Positions 25,800 through 38,539 of a stretch of DNA of 64,000 bases are shown here, piece by piece. The notes beneath the pieces were generated by a model, which saw nothing but the letters and a program-made list of their open reading frames with translations, did not search any database and was not told where the DNA came from. This DNA is from Nageia nagi. Its lineage: Eukaryota; Plantae; Pinophyta. The translations under genes were made by a program, and so were the position numbers. Numbering within the stretch: the stretch's first letter is position 1; every line of letters begins with the position of its first letter. The stretch spans positions 102,672,001 through 102,736,000 of the forward strand of contig JBITNC010000001.1 in NCBI GenBank assembly GCA_050084985.1. The letters are read 5' to 3'.

Positions 25800-28700
25800 C
25801 ATAAAGATACTTATTACCAGATGTACTTCCCAGATAGTACTTCAAACCAAAAACTTTCATTATTAAATTCCTTATGCTATCCTTCATTACCATTATTCAT
25901 ATCAAGACTTTCCTTACTACATAATTCCAAGGCTTCCAACCAATTAATAATCTACTCATCTTTAATATCTTTAGAATATTCTATTCTCTTCACTAAATTA
26001 TCAACACTATCCACTTTATACACCAAAATCCTTGAATTTCTTTCCTTCCACATAGTCCACCAAATATTAGTAACAATTAGCCACATCTCATTTAAATTTT
26101 TATTTTTTACAAATGGATTATAACCAAGCCAATCTTATGTATTCCTCTTATTCATTAGTAATCTAATTTTAAGTAACATAAAAAACTTGATCCATATATG
26201 CCAAGTAAAATTGTAGGAAATTAATAGATTATTCCTATTCTCCTCTTCTCTCATATATAAAGGATACTTGTTATCTAAATTAAATCCCCTTCTCTTCAAT
26301 TTATCTTAAGTGAGAATAGTACAATGGGCTATAGTCCATAGAAAGAAAGAAATCTTAGGGATTAAACCATTTATTTAAACCTTGTTCCAAATTTGAGCCC
26401 TATGAACATTTAGAATCATGCTTAGGAAAGCTTTATCAACCTTAAATTTATCATTAACAACAAAATCATAACAAATCAAGTCTTCTTCTTGGTCTTCCTT
26501 GATACTAAACTTCACCAATTCTTTATTAACCCTTTACAAGTGATTCTTAATACCTCCATTAGGGTTTCTTTAAAAAATCACATTATCTTACCATTTTTTA
26601 TTCTAAAATAATCCTTAACCTGAGTACCCTAATTAGCCATAACCCATTCAGCACCATAAACTAGATTCAAATTTGCATTCAAAGTAGTCTTTCTCAACCA
26701 ATAATCCTCTCAAAAAACTATTTGACCACCATATTTAATTCTCCATATAGAATTACATAGGATAAGCTTCTTAATAGCCAAATTGTCATTCCAAAAGATA
26801 GATCCAATTGGAATATCCATATTCATAACAAAGGGGTTGTTCCATTCTAGATATTTATTTCTACAAATATTAACCCATTTATTAGGAAACGCCACACATA
26901 ATTTCCAAGCAAGTTTGGCTCAGCCCAAGATCCCCACTATTCTTTGGTCTACAAATTTTATCCCAAGAAACTAAAGATCATCTCCTTTTTTTCCTTGCAC
27001 CTGACCAAATAAAGCATATACAAATTTGATCTATTGAATTAACCACCTCAACTAGGATCTTGAATACTAGAGAGCTATAATGCTTTGAAGTGTAGTTTTT
27101 ATTAGCTGAAGTTTCCCTACATGACTTAACAAGACCTCTTTCTAACCTAATAACTTAGAATTGATTTGGTTGATGATCCTATCCCAAAAATTCCTTCTTA
27201 ATTTGACCTACAAATAGGGGCATAACCAAATAAATGTATGGAAATTCACTCATACATTTGAACATATTTACGATTTTTGTTTGTCTCTCCAAGGATGTAT
27301 TAAAGAAAAAAATATTGGTCTTCTCAAAATCTACCTTTTGATGAGATTCCTTCTCATACAAAACAAGAACCTTGATAAAATTCTTTGCCTTTTATTGATT
27401 CCAAGTTACCTATTAAAAAAGTATCATTTATAAACTACTTATGTGTAATCCCATTGCATCTACTAGAAGACTTAATCCCGCTAATCTATCTAGACTCCTT
27501 ATTTTGGATTGCTTGCCTAAGCGCCTTAGCCATAATAATAAACAAGTATGGTGAAATATGGTCCCCTTATATCATACCTCTTCTATAATGAAAATCACTA
27601 ATATCCTCACCATTAATTAATACTAAAAATATTGAAGTTGATATACAGGTACTAATCTAAGCTCTCCATTGAACCCTAAATCCAAACTTCTCAAGAATGT
27701 TATCTAAAAATTTCCAATTCACTTTATCATATATATTTTGCATATCAAGTTTAATCAGCATACCTTCATCTTTTATTGAATTCAAAGAATGTAAGATCTC
27801 ATACATAGTAATAATACCATTAGTAATTTTTCTACCTTGCAAAAAATCATCTTACTTTGGTAAGATAATTAAATGTAAAACCTTCTTCAATCTGTTAGCA
27901 AGAATCTTAGTAATAATCTTATAAGTACAATTGCATAAGCTAATAGGCCTAAAGTTCTTAAATTCATTACCACCTAAGACCTTAGGAATCAAAGTAAATT
28001 TTGAATTCCAAACCTTTAGCATCAATTTTTTCTTTAAAAAATCCATAATAGCAATTGAAATATCCCCTCCTACAATATTGTAACAACTTTGAAAAAAACC
28101 CATTAGAAACCCATCAGGACTAGGAGCCTTATTCTTATCCATACTAAACATTATTTTCCTTATTTCTTCCCAAGAAACTTATTTTTCCAATTATTCTTTA
28201 ATATCATTTGTGAAGATTTCAGGAATAGAATGTAAAATCTCTTCCATAGGCTCCTCATCTTCTTCCTAGTCTAAACATAATATAGCTTCATAGAATTTAA
28301 CCCCCTTAATCTTAATATCATTAAGATCAATAGTAGAATAATCATCTAAAATTTTGATATTAGTAATGGAATTGAAATTTCTTCTCTACAAAATAGTAAT
28401 TTTAAAGAACTTTGTATTTTTATCACCAACTCTCAACCAACAAACTTTAGATTTATGTTTCCAAAGTATCTCTTCCTGTTCTTTGGTATTATAAAAGTCT
28501 GCAAAAGCTTCTTTCTTTTTTAAGTACAAATCTGTTGTTTCCCATTGTGAATAATCTTATTCTCTATATCCAATTTTTTTTTATATTAGATCTTATAACC
28601 TATTCTTAACATCCTTAAACACATCTTTATTCCTCTTTTTTAACTAAAATTTAAGATTCTAAAGTTTCTTGTTCACTCTAGACATTGGGTTGCCAACAAT

Positions 28701-29515
28701 CTGAACAAACCACCTTTCCTCCATTTTCTCTTAGAAATTAGGATGAGCTAACCACATATTCAAATATGAAGGGTGAATTTCTTCTAACATGTTGTTCTAA
28801 CTATAGAAATAAGGGTGTATGAACATACCCAATTGATTGCAAAGAAGTAAGACTAACTTCATAAAAAATATTCATGCCATTGAGATCTAACTAGCACCCT
28901 ATCTAATTTCCTCAAAATATGATTATCGTATGGGCATCTATTTGTCCATGTAAAAGCACTACCATTCATATTCAAATCAAGAAGTTTAGCCTTATTCACA
29001 AAATTCAAAACACCTACACACATTTAGTGCACTCCTCATTACCCCCTTGCTTATCAAATAAATTTAAAGAAGTATTAAAATATCCTAATATCATCCATTC
29101 TTCATCCTCAAAACTCTTCCTATGGGAAAGTAAACTATCCCAAAACATTTCTCTCTCCTATTGGATATTTGGGGCATATATATTAGTCATCACAAATGTG
29201 TACCCATCTTATTTCTAAGTAGCAAGCACTATGATACCTCTTCTATAATTAAACTCCAATATCTCTAGCATAATAATATTTGGATTCTAGAAAATACACA
29301 AACCCTCAAATCTATTTTTTCCTCCTAGAGCATGAATAGCCTCCATATTTGTATCTTTCCACATTCCCTTACTAGCACTTTCCAACTTTTTATCTTTAAT
29401 TTTAGTCTCTTGATAAATAAAAATATCTAGCTTATGGGTTTTAATCAAATATTTTATAATTAATTATTTACCCATTTTATTACAACCTCTAATATTCCAA
29501 TACAAAATCTTTGTT
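25800..29515 (-). pseudogene. LINE B ORF2: endonuclease, RT, zf-RVT
   Basis: KILYWNIRGCN, IFIYQETKI, IYAPN, WLRVGDKNTKFF, KAPSPDGF, FRPISLCNCTYKIITKILANRLK, GMLIKLDMQNIYDKVNW, *GDHISPYLFII, PKISFFLWTIAHCTILT. Confidence 0.93.
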
Positions 29516-31121
29516 ATATCATTTTTGCTGATAAATTACCTTCCTTAATATATAACAACTTTTGAGTTCCATTTGCAATATCTAGATCTATTATCTTATT
29601 ACTCAAGAAATTATTTGAAGGTTTACCTAGAGTCTTTTGTATATTTGCACTCTTCCTTCTACTTTTGGTAAGTCGACACAACACTTGATCCATCATTTCC
29701 CTATAATTTTTCCTTTGTCTTTTGATAGTCTTCTTATTAATGGCTAACTCCCAAGGAGTACCATCTAGATCCAATAAATCTTCATCCTCTCCCTTATCAA
29801 TTTCATAATTTTGTTGCCAATCATCCTCCTTTAATCCTTGTTCAAAACCTTCTTCTTCCTCATGATAATCCATTTCAAACTCATTCTTATTCAATATATT
29901 CAAGTTAATAGAATTGACAGGAGAGTTTGGAATAATTATCTTTGAAAAATATTTCTCCTCCCAAATCAAAGCTTCTTCTTCTCTAGACTGATATCGGATA
30001 ATCTCTAAACTCACATCCTTTATATCTATCTTAATACCACCAACATCCTTTTGCATAATCTTATAAGGCTAGGTAAGAGGCACTTGGTTGATTACCTCTT
30101 CACCAATACACATCTCTTACAACTTTTTTCCCCCTCCTCTCTATTCACATAATTGTAACTAATCTTATGTATAGGTTTTCTTCACCCTTATAAACATCTT
30201 CCTTTAGAACAATAGATGATGAAGAAGCACCATTTTGACCCTTACTTTGTTCCTAAACCATTTGGGCTAAACCACTCTTGGGTTTCTAATATCTCCCATC
30301 AAATTATTTTCCTTTAAAATTTTGTTTAACATTCATATTTGAATTGTGATTAATTACAGTTTCATTTGGAATTATATGATCTAGAAAATCTTTAGAAATA
30401 TAACCAAATTGCTTACAAAACATACATGGAATTGAAAAAATCTCATATTCAATAGGTTGTAGTATCTCGTAATCATAATTTTTTAAAGCAATTTTCTTTG
30501 ATAACTCTTGGGTAACATCAACATTAACACAAAACCTTGCACCATTCATATGAGTACCTAGTTTAGTATGATTTTCAATACAAATAAATGTACCAATACT
30601 TTTAGTTGCAACTTCAACATCCTCTAAACAACAAAAATCTATGGGGAGATTCGACATATTCACCCACATAAGTGATATATTAAAGTTTTCTTTCTTTGAT
30701 TTAAATCCTTTGAACCATTTCTTTTAGATTAATCCACTCAAACCAAACCACCAAGGCCCATTCTGAAGCATCCATTATACATCTTCATCTTGAACAAAAT
30801 TAAATAGGATATAATCACATGGAACAAGAATTAGATCCATACTTCCTTTCATTTTCTATTTAGTCATAGCCTACTTCTTTAAAGAATATTCAAAATTAGG
30901 CATTATACCCAAAAATGTCCCAACTAGATATCTCTATCGATTTTCACCAATTATTTTGGATAACTCAATAGGATAGATAATCCCTATAAATCTCTTATCA
31001 ATTATAATGTTTTGGAACACCATAAGGATATCAAATTTAAAAGAAATTTTAATAAATTGATTTAGATTTGATGGATTCTCCCATTTCTCCTTTGGTTTAT
31101 CATTATCCTTAACCTCCATCT
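29514..31121 (-). pseudogene. LINE B ORF1 (DUF4283-like region, zinc knuckle, acidic C-terminus)
   Basis: QNGPWWFGLSGLI*KKWFKGF, WVNMSNLPIDF, ARFCVNVDVTQEL, QPIEYE..CMFCKQFGY. The terminal DIANGTQKLL motif abuts the ORF2 start. Confidence 0.9.
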
Positions 31122-31599
31122 CTAACCAACAAATAAAACAACACCTCAAAAAAATAAAGCACAAAGTAAAAGAAACCAAACTTATAGACACTCTTTCCAG
31201 ATACTACAGTGGCCCTCACTATAATAGGCCAAATTCCCATGACCCTTTAGACTTGTAGCAACTCCCACCTTAATGTTTCAAACCTCTTTTAGCTTCAATT
31301 TCTATCTCATTCATATCCTAAATTAAATATGAATATTTAATATAATTTCTACCTAATTTAATATTAGGGATCATTAAAAACATTCAACATATTGGAACCC
31401 ACCTTAAATCCGATCCGACCATATTTTTGAAAAATAAATCTAGATTTTTCAGTTTTAGGGCATAATCTTTTTTGTGGAATTTTAAATAGCTGGAAGCCTT
31501 AGGTTTTGTTCAATTTTTTTAAGAAAATATTTATACAAAATTAAAAAAATTCTACTAATTTTAAAATTATTGAAAATTTGAAGATATTTTTATTTTGTA

Positions 31600-32210
31600 G
31601 AATTTCATTTTTTTTTATCAAAACCTTAGATTTTGAACCTAATTTTTGAAGATTTTATGCATGATTATACCCTAGAAATTTGTCCAAATCTTAAATATTC
31701 ATGATAAGCAATTTTTAAAAGGTGATATTGGGTTTATTTGTAATAATTATCAAGGGATTTTAGTTAAATAAATTTTTATGGAATTTCTTTTTTGCTAAAA
31801 ACTTAGGTTTTGAGCTTAATTTTTGAAGATTTTGTGGGTGTTTGTGCCATAGAATTTTACCTAAACCTATATATCAATGATAGGCAACCTTTGGAAGGTG
31901 AATCCAAACCTTAGATATTCATGATGGGAAATTTTTATAAGGTGGGATAGGGTTTATTTGTAATAATTATCAAGGGATTTTGAGTTGAAGAAATGTTTTT
32001 GGAATTTGTTTTTTGCATAAAACCCTAGATTTTGAGCTTGAATTTTGAAGATTTGGTGGATGTTTGTGCTATAGAATTTTGCCTAAAAACCAGATATTAA
32101 TGATAGAAAACTTTTGGAAGGTGAATTTGGGATTATTTAATGCATTTTTCTAAGATTTTTAATTAAGAAATATAATATTTTTTATAGAAAAATCTAGATT
32201 TCCAAGATCA
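31600..32210 (+). repeat. Degenerate tandem repeat (about 180-220 bp period) in the 5' UTR of the gag-only element
   Basis: AAACYTAGRTTTTGARCYTRATTTTGAAGATTT at about 31621, 31799 and 32021. GGGTTTATTTGTAATAATTATCAAGGGATTTT occurs twice. Confidence 0.8.
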
Positions 32211-32376
32211 TTAGAAAATCATATCTCACTCATATATATTTTATATTGGGATATTTAGGTAATTTTTAAATATTATATTTTGTAAACTTAGAATATTTTT
32301 AAGTAATTTATTAACAACCAAAAATCCTAGGATTTTTGGAGGTATTTTATCTCTATTTCTTTAAGTGTGATAGATA

Positions 32377-34100
32377 TGGCAGCAATAGTAGGGAAATATT
32401 ATCCTAGTGCCAATGTTAGGAGCAATGCCAACTCTAGGGATACACCTTTGAATACCATAAATTTGATAATAGAGAAGTTTAAGAAGTTTTAAATGAAGGT
32501 ACAACTTCTTTAGAATCAATTTAGAACAAACATTATTAGTACTAATGATAAGGGAAATCCTTTGAGTTTGGAGATTTGTAATACCATCCTCACCTAAATT
32601 GATAAAGAACCTGAATTAGAAAAATTTAATGTTGAAGGAGATCCAATTATTTATCTTCAAGGATTTGACTATATAATAAAGTTGAAGTGTGAAATCAATG
32701 ATCAGTTAAATTCTAAATATTTCCTTATGAGTTTGAATGATGAAGCAAGAAAATGGTTTTATAAATTAGCACCTACTTCAATTACCTCATTTTAGCATTA
32801 AAGGATAAGTTTAAAAATAATTTCAAATTAAATATTAATAAGCCTTTTGGTTTAATAAATTTTATACATTGTAAGCAAGGTCAATCTAAAAGATTGGATA
32901 ATTTTGTGAAAATATATGTGAAGATTTGGAGATCAATGGAACAAACTAGGAATGAGAAATTCATTGTAAAGGTATTTATTGAAAACATTAATCATTTTAT
33001 TGTAACTTGTGGTATTGATTATTTTAGATATCCCTTTATGGATATGGTTCATATGCTAATTGATAAAGAAATGCATATGTCAAGATTTGGTCAACTTAAG
33101 TATACATTTTATACCAATGATAATAATAAAAATTCATATCAAAGGAAGGAGGATAATCCAATAAATGTGATTGAACTAAGTGCAAGAGAAAAATAAAAAG
33201 AACCCTTTTACAAGCTCACCATAGCTCCCACAAATTTTTTTAAATATTATTTAGTAAAGGGATTGATAGAACCTAAAAAGGGAAGAGAATATGGTGAAGA
33301 TGAAGAGAAACCCCATTAGTATAAGGATAATAATAATTTTTTGTATCATCAAGTCAAAGGCCATTCCACCAATGGGTGTGTTTAAATAAAGAAGAAATCA
33401 CATACACTCTTAGAAAAGGAAAAAGCTAATTATGTTACCAATAAGGAATTTAATAAAGAAACTAAAGAGGAATATAATGATGAAGACAACAATATTGTCA
33501 ACATGGTTACTCTTGAAGAAGATTTTTCCCATGTAAAACTAGGTAAGAAACAAAATAAGACTAAACTCTTTCATAATTATGATTCTTTTTCTAGTAAAAT
33601 TATCCTATGTGATTTATATATGAAATCTAGTTATCATAGCGAAATTATTCATAATATTTTCAAGCATTGCTTTATTGATGCTACTATTAGTAAAAGCTCT
33701 TTTAGACATATGTTTGATTCTTTTAGACATGTTAGCTCAACACAATCAGAAGATGATGCATCACTTTTGTAAGATATTAAAAAATAAATTGAAATTGAAT
33801 ATGAAGATGAAATAGAAGAGGAAAAAATTACAAATGAAGACATTCAACAAGTATTCAACATGATTACCTATGATGATGAAGATAAAAAAACATAAAGAGG
33901 AAGTAAAGAAAGATAAATTTGAAGAAGAAGACACAGGGGCATGTCAACCTTCAGATGAAGATACTTCCAAATTATTTATAACCTTGAATAAACCTTATAT
34001 ATTAAGCATCAACTTTGGGGGTAGTGTCAACATTACCATACCAAATCAAGGAAAATATCAAGTTTATTTAAGAGAAGGATCACTTACACATGTCTAAATA
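32377..34100 (+). pseudogene. Gag remnant with Tat-type zinc knuckle and acidic tail; no pol
   Basis: PELEKFNVEGDPIIYL...YFLMSLNDEARKWFYKLAPTSITSF (retrotransposon gag) and YHQVKGHSTNGC at about 33344-33380. Confidence 0.8.
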
Positions 34101-35788
34101 AGTTCAAGAATAAAAATTATACATGTATGTCATATCCTGCTAAGTTTAAAGATTCAAGAAATGATGCTTCATTCAAAGGAAATAAAGATCAAAGTTATAT
34201 TTTGCAAATACACTTGCCATGTGATGTTCCCCTTCTTTCTCATATAGTTAGAATTGCATTTTTATATAGGTTATTTATGCATCTTCATGTAGCTTAGATT
34301 GCATCATGCATTTCATACAACCCCTTTATTGGATATGGGCATAATTAATCATCACTTTTACCCTTTGTTGGTTGGGGATATAATTAACTATCATTCCTTT
34401 ATGTCTTTATGGTCAAGTTGTTAAGTTCATGTCAATGTTTTTATCTACTACTATATTTTGGTCACATTTTTGGTATAAGTTTATCAGTTCAATCATGCTT
34501 TATCAAGGGAATTCATGCATGAAATGGTTTACAAAATTTCACAAGGATAGACATAATGGTTTTTAGTTCAAAATGGATAAGAAAGAATCAAAATGTCTTA
34601 GAAGTTTATGATTATTAATTTCAAATGAAATAATGTATAACCAATGTAAATGTTGGGGCATATTATAAGTTTTTACTCTATCCTAGGGACATTCCCTCAA
34701 GCATGCAATGGTTGTCTCCCTTAACTCTCTTATCTCTCACATGCATGACTTATAATATTTTTTTACATGTTATGATAATAAAATATTGTTATTCTCTTAT
34801 TATATGATCACTTCATTATGACCACTCCATTTGTTGGTTGGGGCATTAACCATCACTTTATGATTATCATTATGATCTCTTTATTATTATCTACTCCTTT
34901 ATAATGATTGGGGTGTTAAGTATCTTTATTATGACATGGATTTTACATGATATTATGACCTAACATATGTTCTTTAAGATCTATATGTTTTTTGGAAAAT
35001 GTTTTTTTTCTCTCTATTTTACCTCTTATTTTTTGCTCTTAGTTGTTCTCATTCCATGAGGACCATTCCATTTCAAAATCAAGGTAAAGATGGGGGAACA
35101 AATATCATCAACATTTGATGATCAGATAACATCACAACAAAAATAGGGAAGTATAAAAATTTCTTCCTCTATCTTTTTTTACTTCCTTTGCAAACACAAT
35201 TATATTTCAATAACACTTCATTTCATTATATTTGCAAAGGGAGATATTTATTTAATCTTAATTTTGGTCTATCTTAGGTGTTCTTATTATTTGTTTTGTT
35301 ATATTAATATCATATTATATTATTTGTGTTATATTGGCCCACTTAAGAAACTTCTCATGTACTTTTATCTTTCTTTATGAAAGGTTCCCTAGCATCGACA
35401 CTAGCTTCTATGTGAAGGTTCTCTTGCATATTTAAAGGTATGATAACATGGGAACTCATCAAGATTTTATCTCGATATTTGATACCTAAACTTTTAAGTT
35501 TTTTTTAATACCAAATATCGAGATTGGGATCTTGTTATCACATGAGCATATTTATTATTCCATAATATGCAATTATATATTTTTCTCAACTTGTTGATAC
35601 TTTATTGTCTACTAGATCTTGGTTGATAACTCTACTCTTGAGATGCTTAGTGTTTGCATTGTTGTACTTACTAACACTACTATTCAAGTATCAATGTTTA
35701 TGCTCCATTAGGCATTCATGCTCAGGTTCTAATTTCCTTTGTTGTGTGGGGATGCACATATCAAGATCACTATATTTCACAAGCTCCT

Positions 35789-35843
<55 letters not shown>

Positions 35844-35858
35844 ACACACATATATATA
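35789..35858. repeat. Compound (TACA)n(CA)n(TA)n microsatellite inside the 3' LTR
   Basis: Directly visible; absent from the paired 5' LTR near 24003-24015. Confidence 0.97.
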
Positions 35859-36949
35859 ATCCTCATCATCCCAAGGTTAACAAGTATTTATCTATCTCTC
35901 AATCCCTTTCTCATTAGTGCAAAAGTGTTATCTTGATCCAATAGTTTGAGTATTTCTTTATTCATTTCCATTATGTTATACTTAATATTATTATTGTCAT
36001 TTAGTAAATATTAATGTTTAATATAGTTTCCACCTAATTTAATATTAAGGGTCACTAAAATATTCAATAGTGCTCCTTTTTTCATATCCTTATCCTCTAG
36101 TTTAATCTTCTTTTCTTTCAATGATTATTTTTCAATCACATCTTCTTCTTTATTATATTATGTTATAATATATATTATAAAAACTTTATTACATATTTAA
36201 AGTATAATATTTCAATATAATAAACTTATTATAGATATCAAAAATTTAAATTTTTGTAATTATATAAAAACTATTTAATAAAATAGTGTTATCCATTTTT
36301 ATAATCGTTGTTAATAGGAACTCATTGATATCAAGCAAAATATTTCACCTATTTTATAATATAATATATTATAGGTATATATTATGATATCTCACCTAAT
36401 AAGATATTATAAAATAAAAAAAATAAAATAAATTATATCATTTTTCATATTTTATTTTTGTATGTATCACATAAATATACATATTCATGTTTGTAAATTG
36501 TTTAAAATAAAATTATTAAAATATGAAATACAAATATAAATGTTAGCTCACATATTAAATTATTTTGTAGATATATTATATATGGAATTTTCAATAAGCA
36601 AATATTGGCCTTAAAGACATATTAGATGATACTTTTAAGTGTATGGGAGAGTTTAGAGTTAAGATTTATAAATGACACCATGTATCCTTTCATGAGTAAT
36701 ATGCCTCTTCATGTGAGATATTTGTTATTTTAAATAACATATGGTCAACAAGATTATTTGAATAGTACAAAACCTTACCTCAATGATATACAAATGTACA
36801 CATAAAGAAAATTATGAATATGGCATGAATTCATACCATAATGATATACACATGTATATAATAAAGAAAATATTGAGCATATAAATAAAGGATTTGTGTA
36901 GCAATCTCACAATGAATTATTTTAAGTGTACCCAAATTATAATATCATG

Positions 36950-37660
36950 AATCACCATATGATAATAGTAATATAATTTAAAATTCTAAATGATAATGTT
37001 CTACATCCTAAGTCTAATAGGAAATGAGAAATGTGAAGAGCTTATAGACAAAGGAGTTATGTAGTTATCTTTCACTATGATATTTTAGGTATTTTAATTA
37101 TGCTTAAATTATATAAATAGTATGCCTACATATTGAATTGTGTAGAAACCTCCCAATTATGTGATATTTTAGGTATTCACATTATGCAAATATAAAATTT
37201 CCTCCAAATAATAGCATGCATAATCCTAAGCCAATAATCATGCAAGTTGAAATTTGAAGTATAACATTCCACATCCAAACCCTAAGAATGAAAGAACATA
37301 TGACATGCATATAGAAAAAAGAGATGTATAGAAACATTCCATTATAATATTTTAGGCATTTATTTTATACAAAAATCATATTTCTTAAAAATAATATTTT
37401 ATGTCACCCTATGGAAATAGTTATGCAAGTTAACTATCTCAAGTATAATGCATTGGATCCTAACCATAAAAGAAATGAAGAGCCTGCAAATGGAGATTTT
37501 TTGTATCAATATCTTACTATGATATTCTTGGTATTTTCATTATGTTTAAATTATATTCCCTTTAGATAATATCATGTGTCACCTTAAGGCATTAGTCATG
37601 TAAGTTTAAATTCTAAAATATAAGGTTCTATATCCTACCTTAAAAATGAAAGGACACGTG
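36950..37660. repeat. Degenerate tandem repeat, about 180-270 bp period
   Basis: ATAAxxTTCxAxATCCxAA at about 36993, 37261, 37446 and 37620; GATATTTTAGGTATT-like motif at about 37079, 37163, 37345 and 37521. Confidence 0.6.
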
Positions 37661-38539
37661 TTAATCCCCTTCAATTTTATCTATACAAGAATAAAAAAAC
37701 TTTACAAAGCACACCATATACCTACTTGATAGAGATTAATATTTCACATGTGAAGATGATAAAGACATCTTATACGGTACTTTGAACTCCATAGAGAGTT
37801 TAGAGTTGAGGGTTATAAATGATGATGTGGACTATTTCAAGAGTGGCATTCCCTTTAATGTAATGCATTTGTGCTTCCTAAAAGAATATTCTTGAGAAAA
37901 TTATTTGGATGATGTAAATTAAAATTTTCATATATTAGGGATCATTTTAAGATCCCTTCCTCAAAAGTACCTTGGAAATTATTTTGCAAATTAGATTTAT
38001 ATGCAAGGCAATTTTAAGCAAATTTGTAAAAATTAGAAAGGCAAATTTGAACCTAAAAAAAGTTATATAGATTTTTTTGTTGAATTATAACCCAAAAAAA
38101 GTTATATTGTCATCATGTGGAGGCATGATGTTTCCATGCAAAGGTATGCCACCACCATGTAGGAGCATGCTGATGCAAAGGCAACATAGAATCATTATGA
38201 TGCTTTTGCATAATGGTAGTATGCCTCCATATCGCTATAAGATCAGCCAAAAATAGGATACCATGTATCTTCCTTTCCTTATAAATAAGGATTGGGCAGT
38301 TCATTTTTTTTATTTTGTCAATTAGTCCACTGATCCAAAGCTTTCCCTTTCTTCTCTTTTCACCAAATTCTTTCTCTCTATTTTAACTACTATAGTATCC
38401 AGCCTATAGTAGGATGCCACATGGTTTGTTTTTCTTATAAATCGGACTTAATAGTATTTTTTGGATAATTTTATCACTATCAAAGCTTGAGAGCTATCAT
38501 TTTCTATCTCTTTTCCAAAATCACTTTTTACTCCCATTT

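Larger units (their letters stand above)
24173..31321 (-). mobile_element. L1-clade LINE B, full length (about 7.15 kb), ORF1-ORF2-ORF3
   Basis: TSD core ATTAAATAT at 24164-24172 and 31322-31330 and a T7 tail at 24175-24181. The host LTR is continuous across the insertion when compared with the 3' LTR. Confidence 0.9.
23462..36069 (+). mobile_element. Non-autonomous gag-only LTR retrotransposon (TR-GAG-like, Tat/Athila-type gag), 5' LTR split by LINE B
   Basis: Perfect TSD GTGCT at 23457-23461 and 36070-36074. 5' LTR 23462-24172 plus 31331-31389 aligns with 3' LTR 35249-36069. PBS-like TGGAACCCACC at 31393 and PPT-like AAAGGGAGA at 35236. Confidence 0.88.

Noticed and set aside
35605-35936. 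His-Thr repeat ORFs
   Set aside because: Translation of the (CA)n microsatellite inside an LTR.
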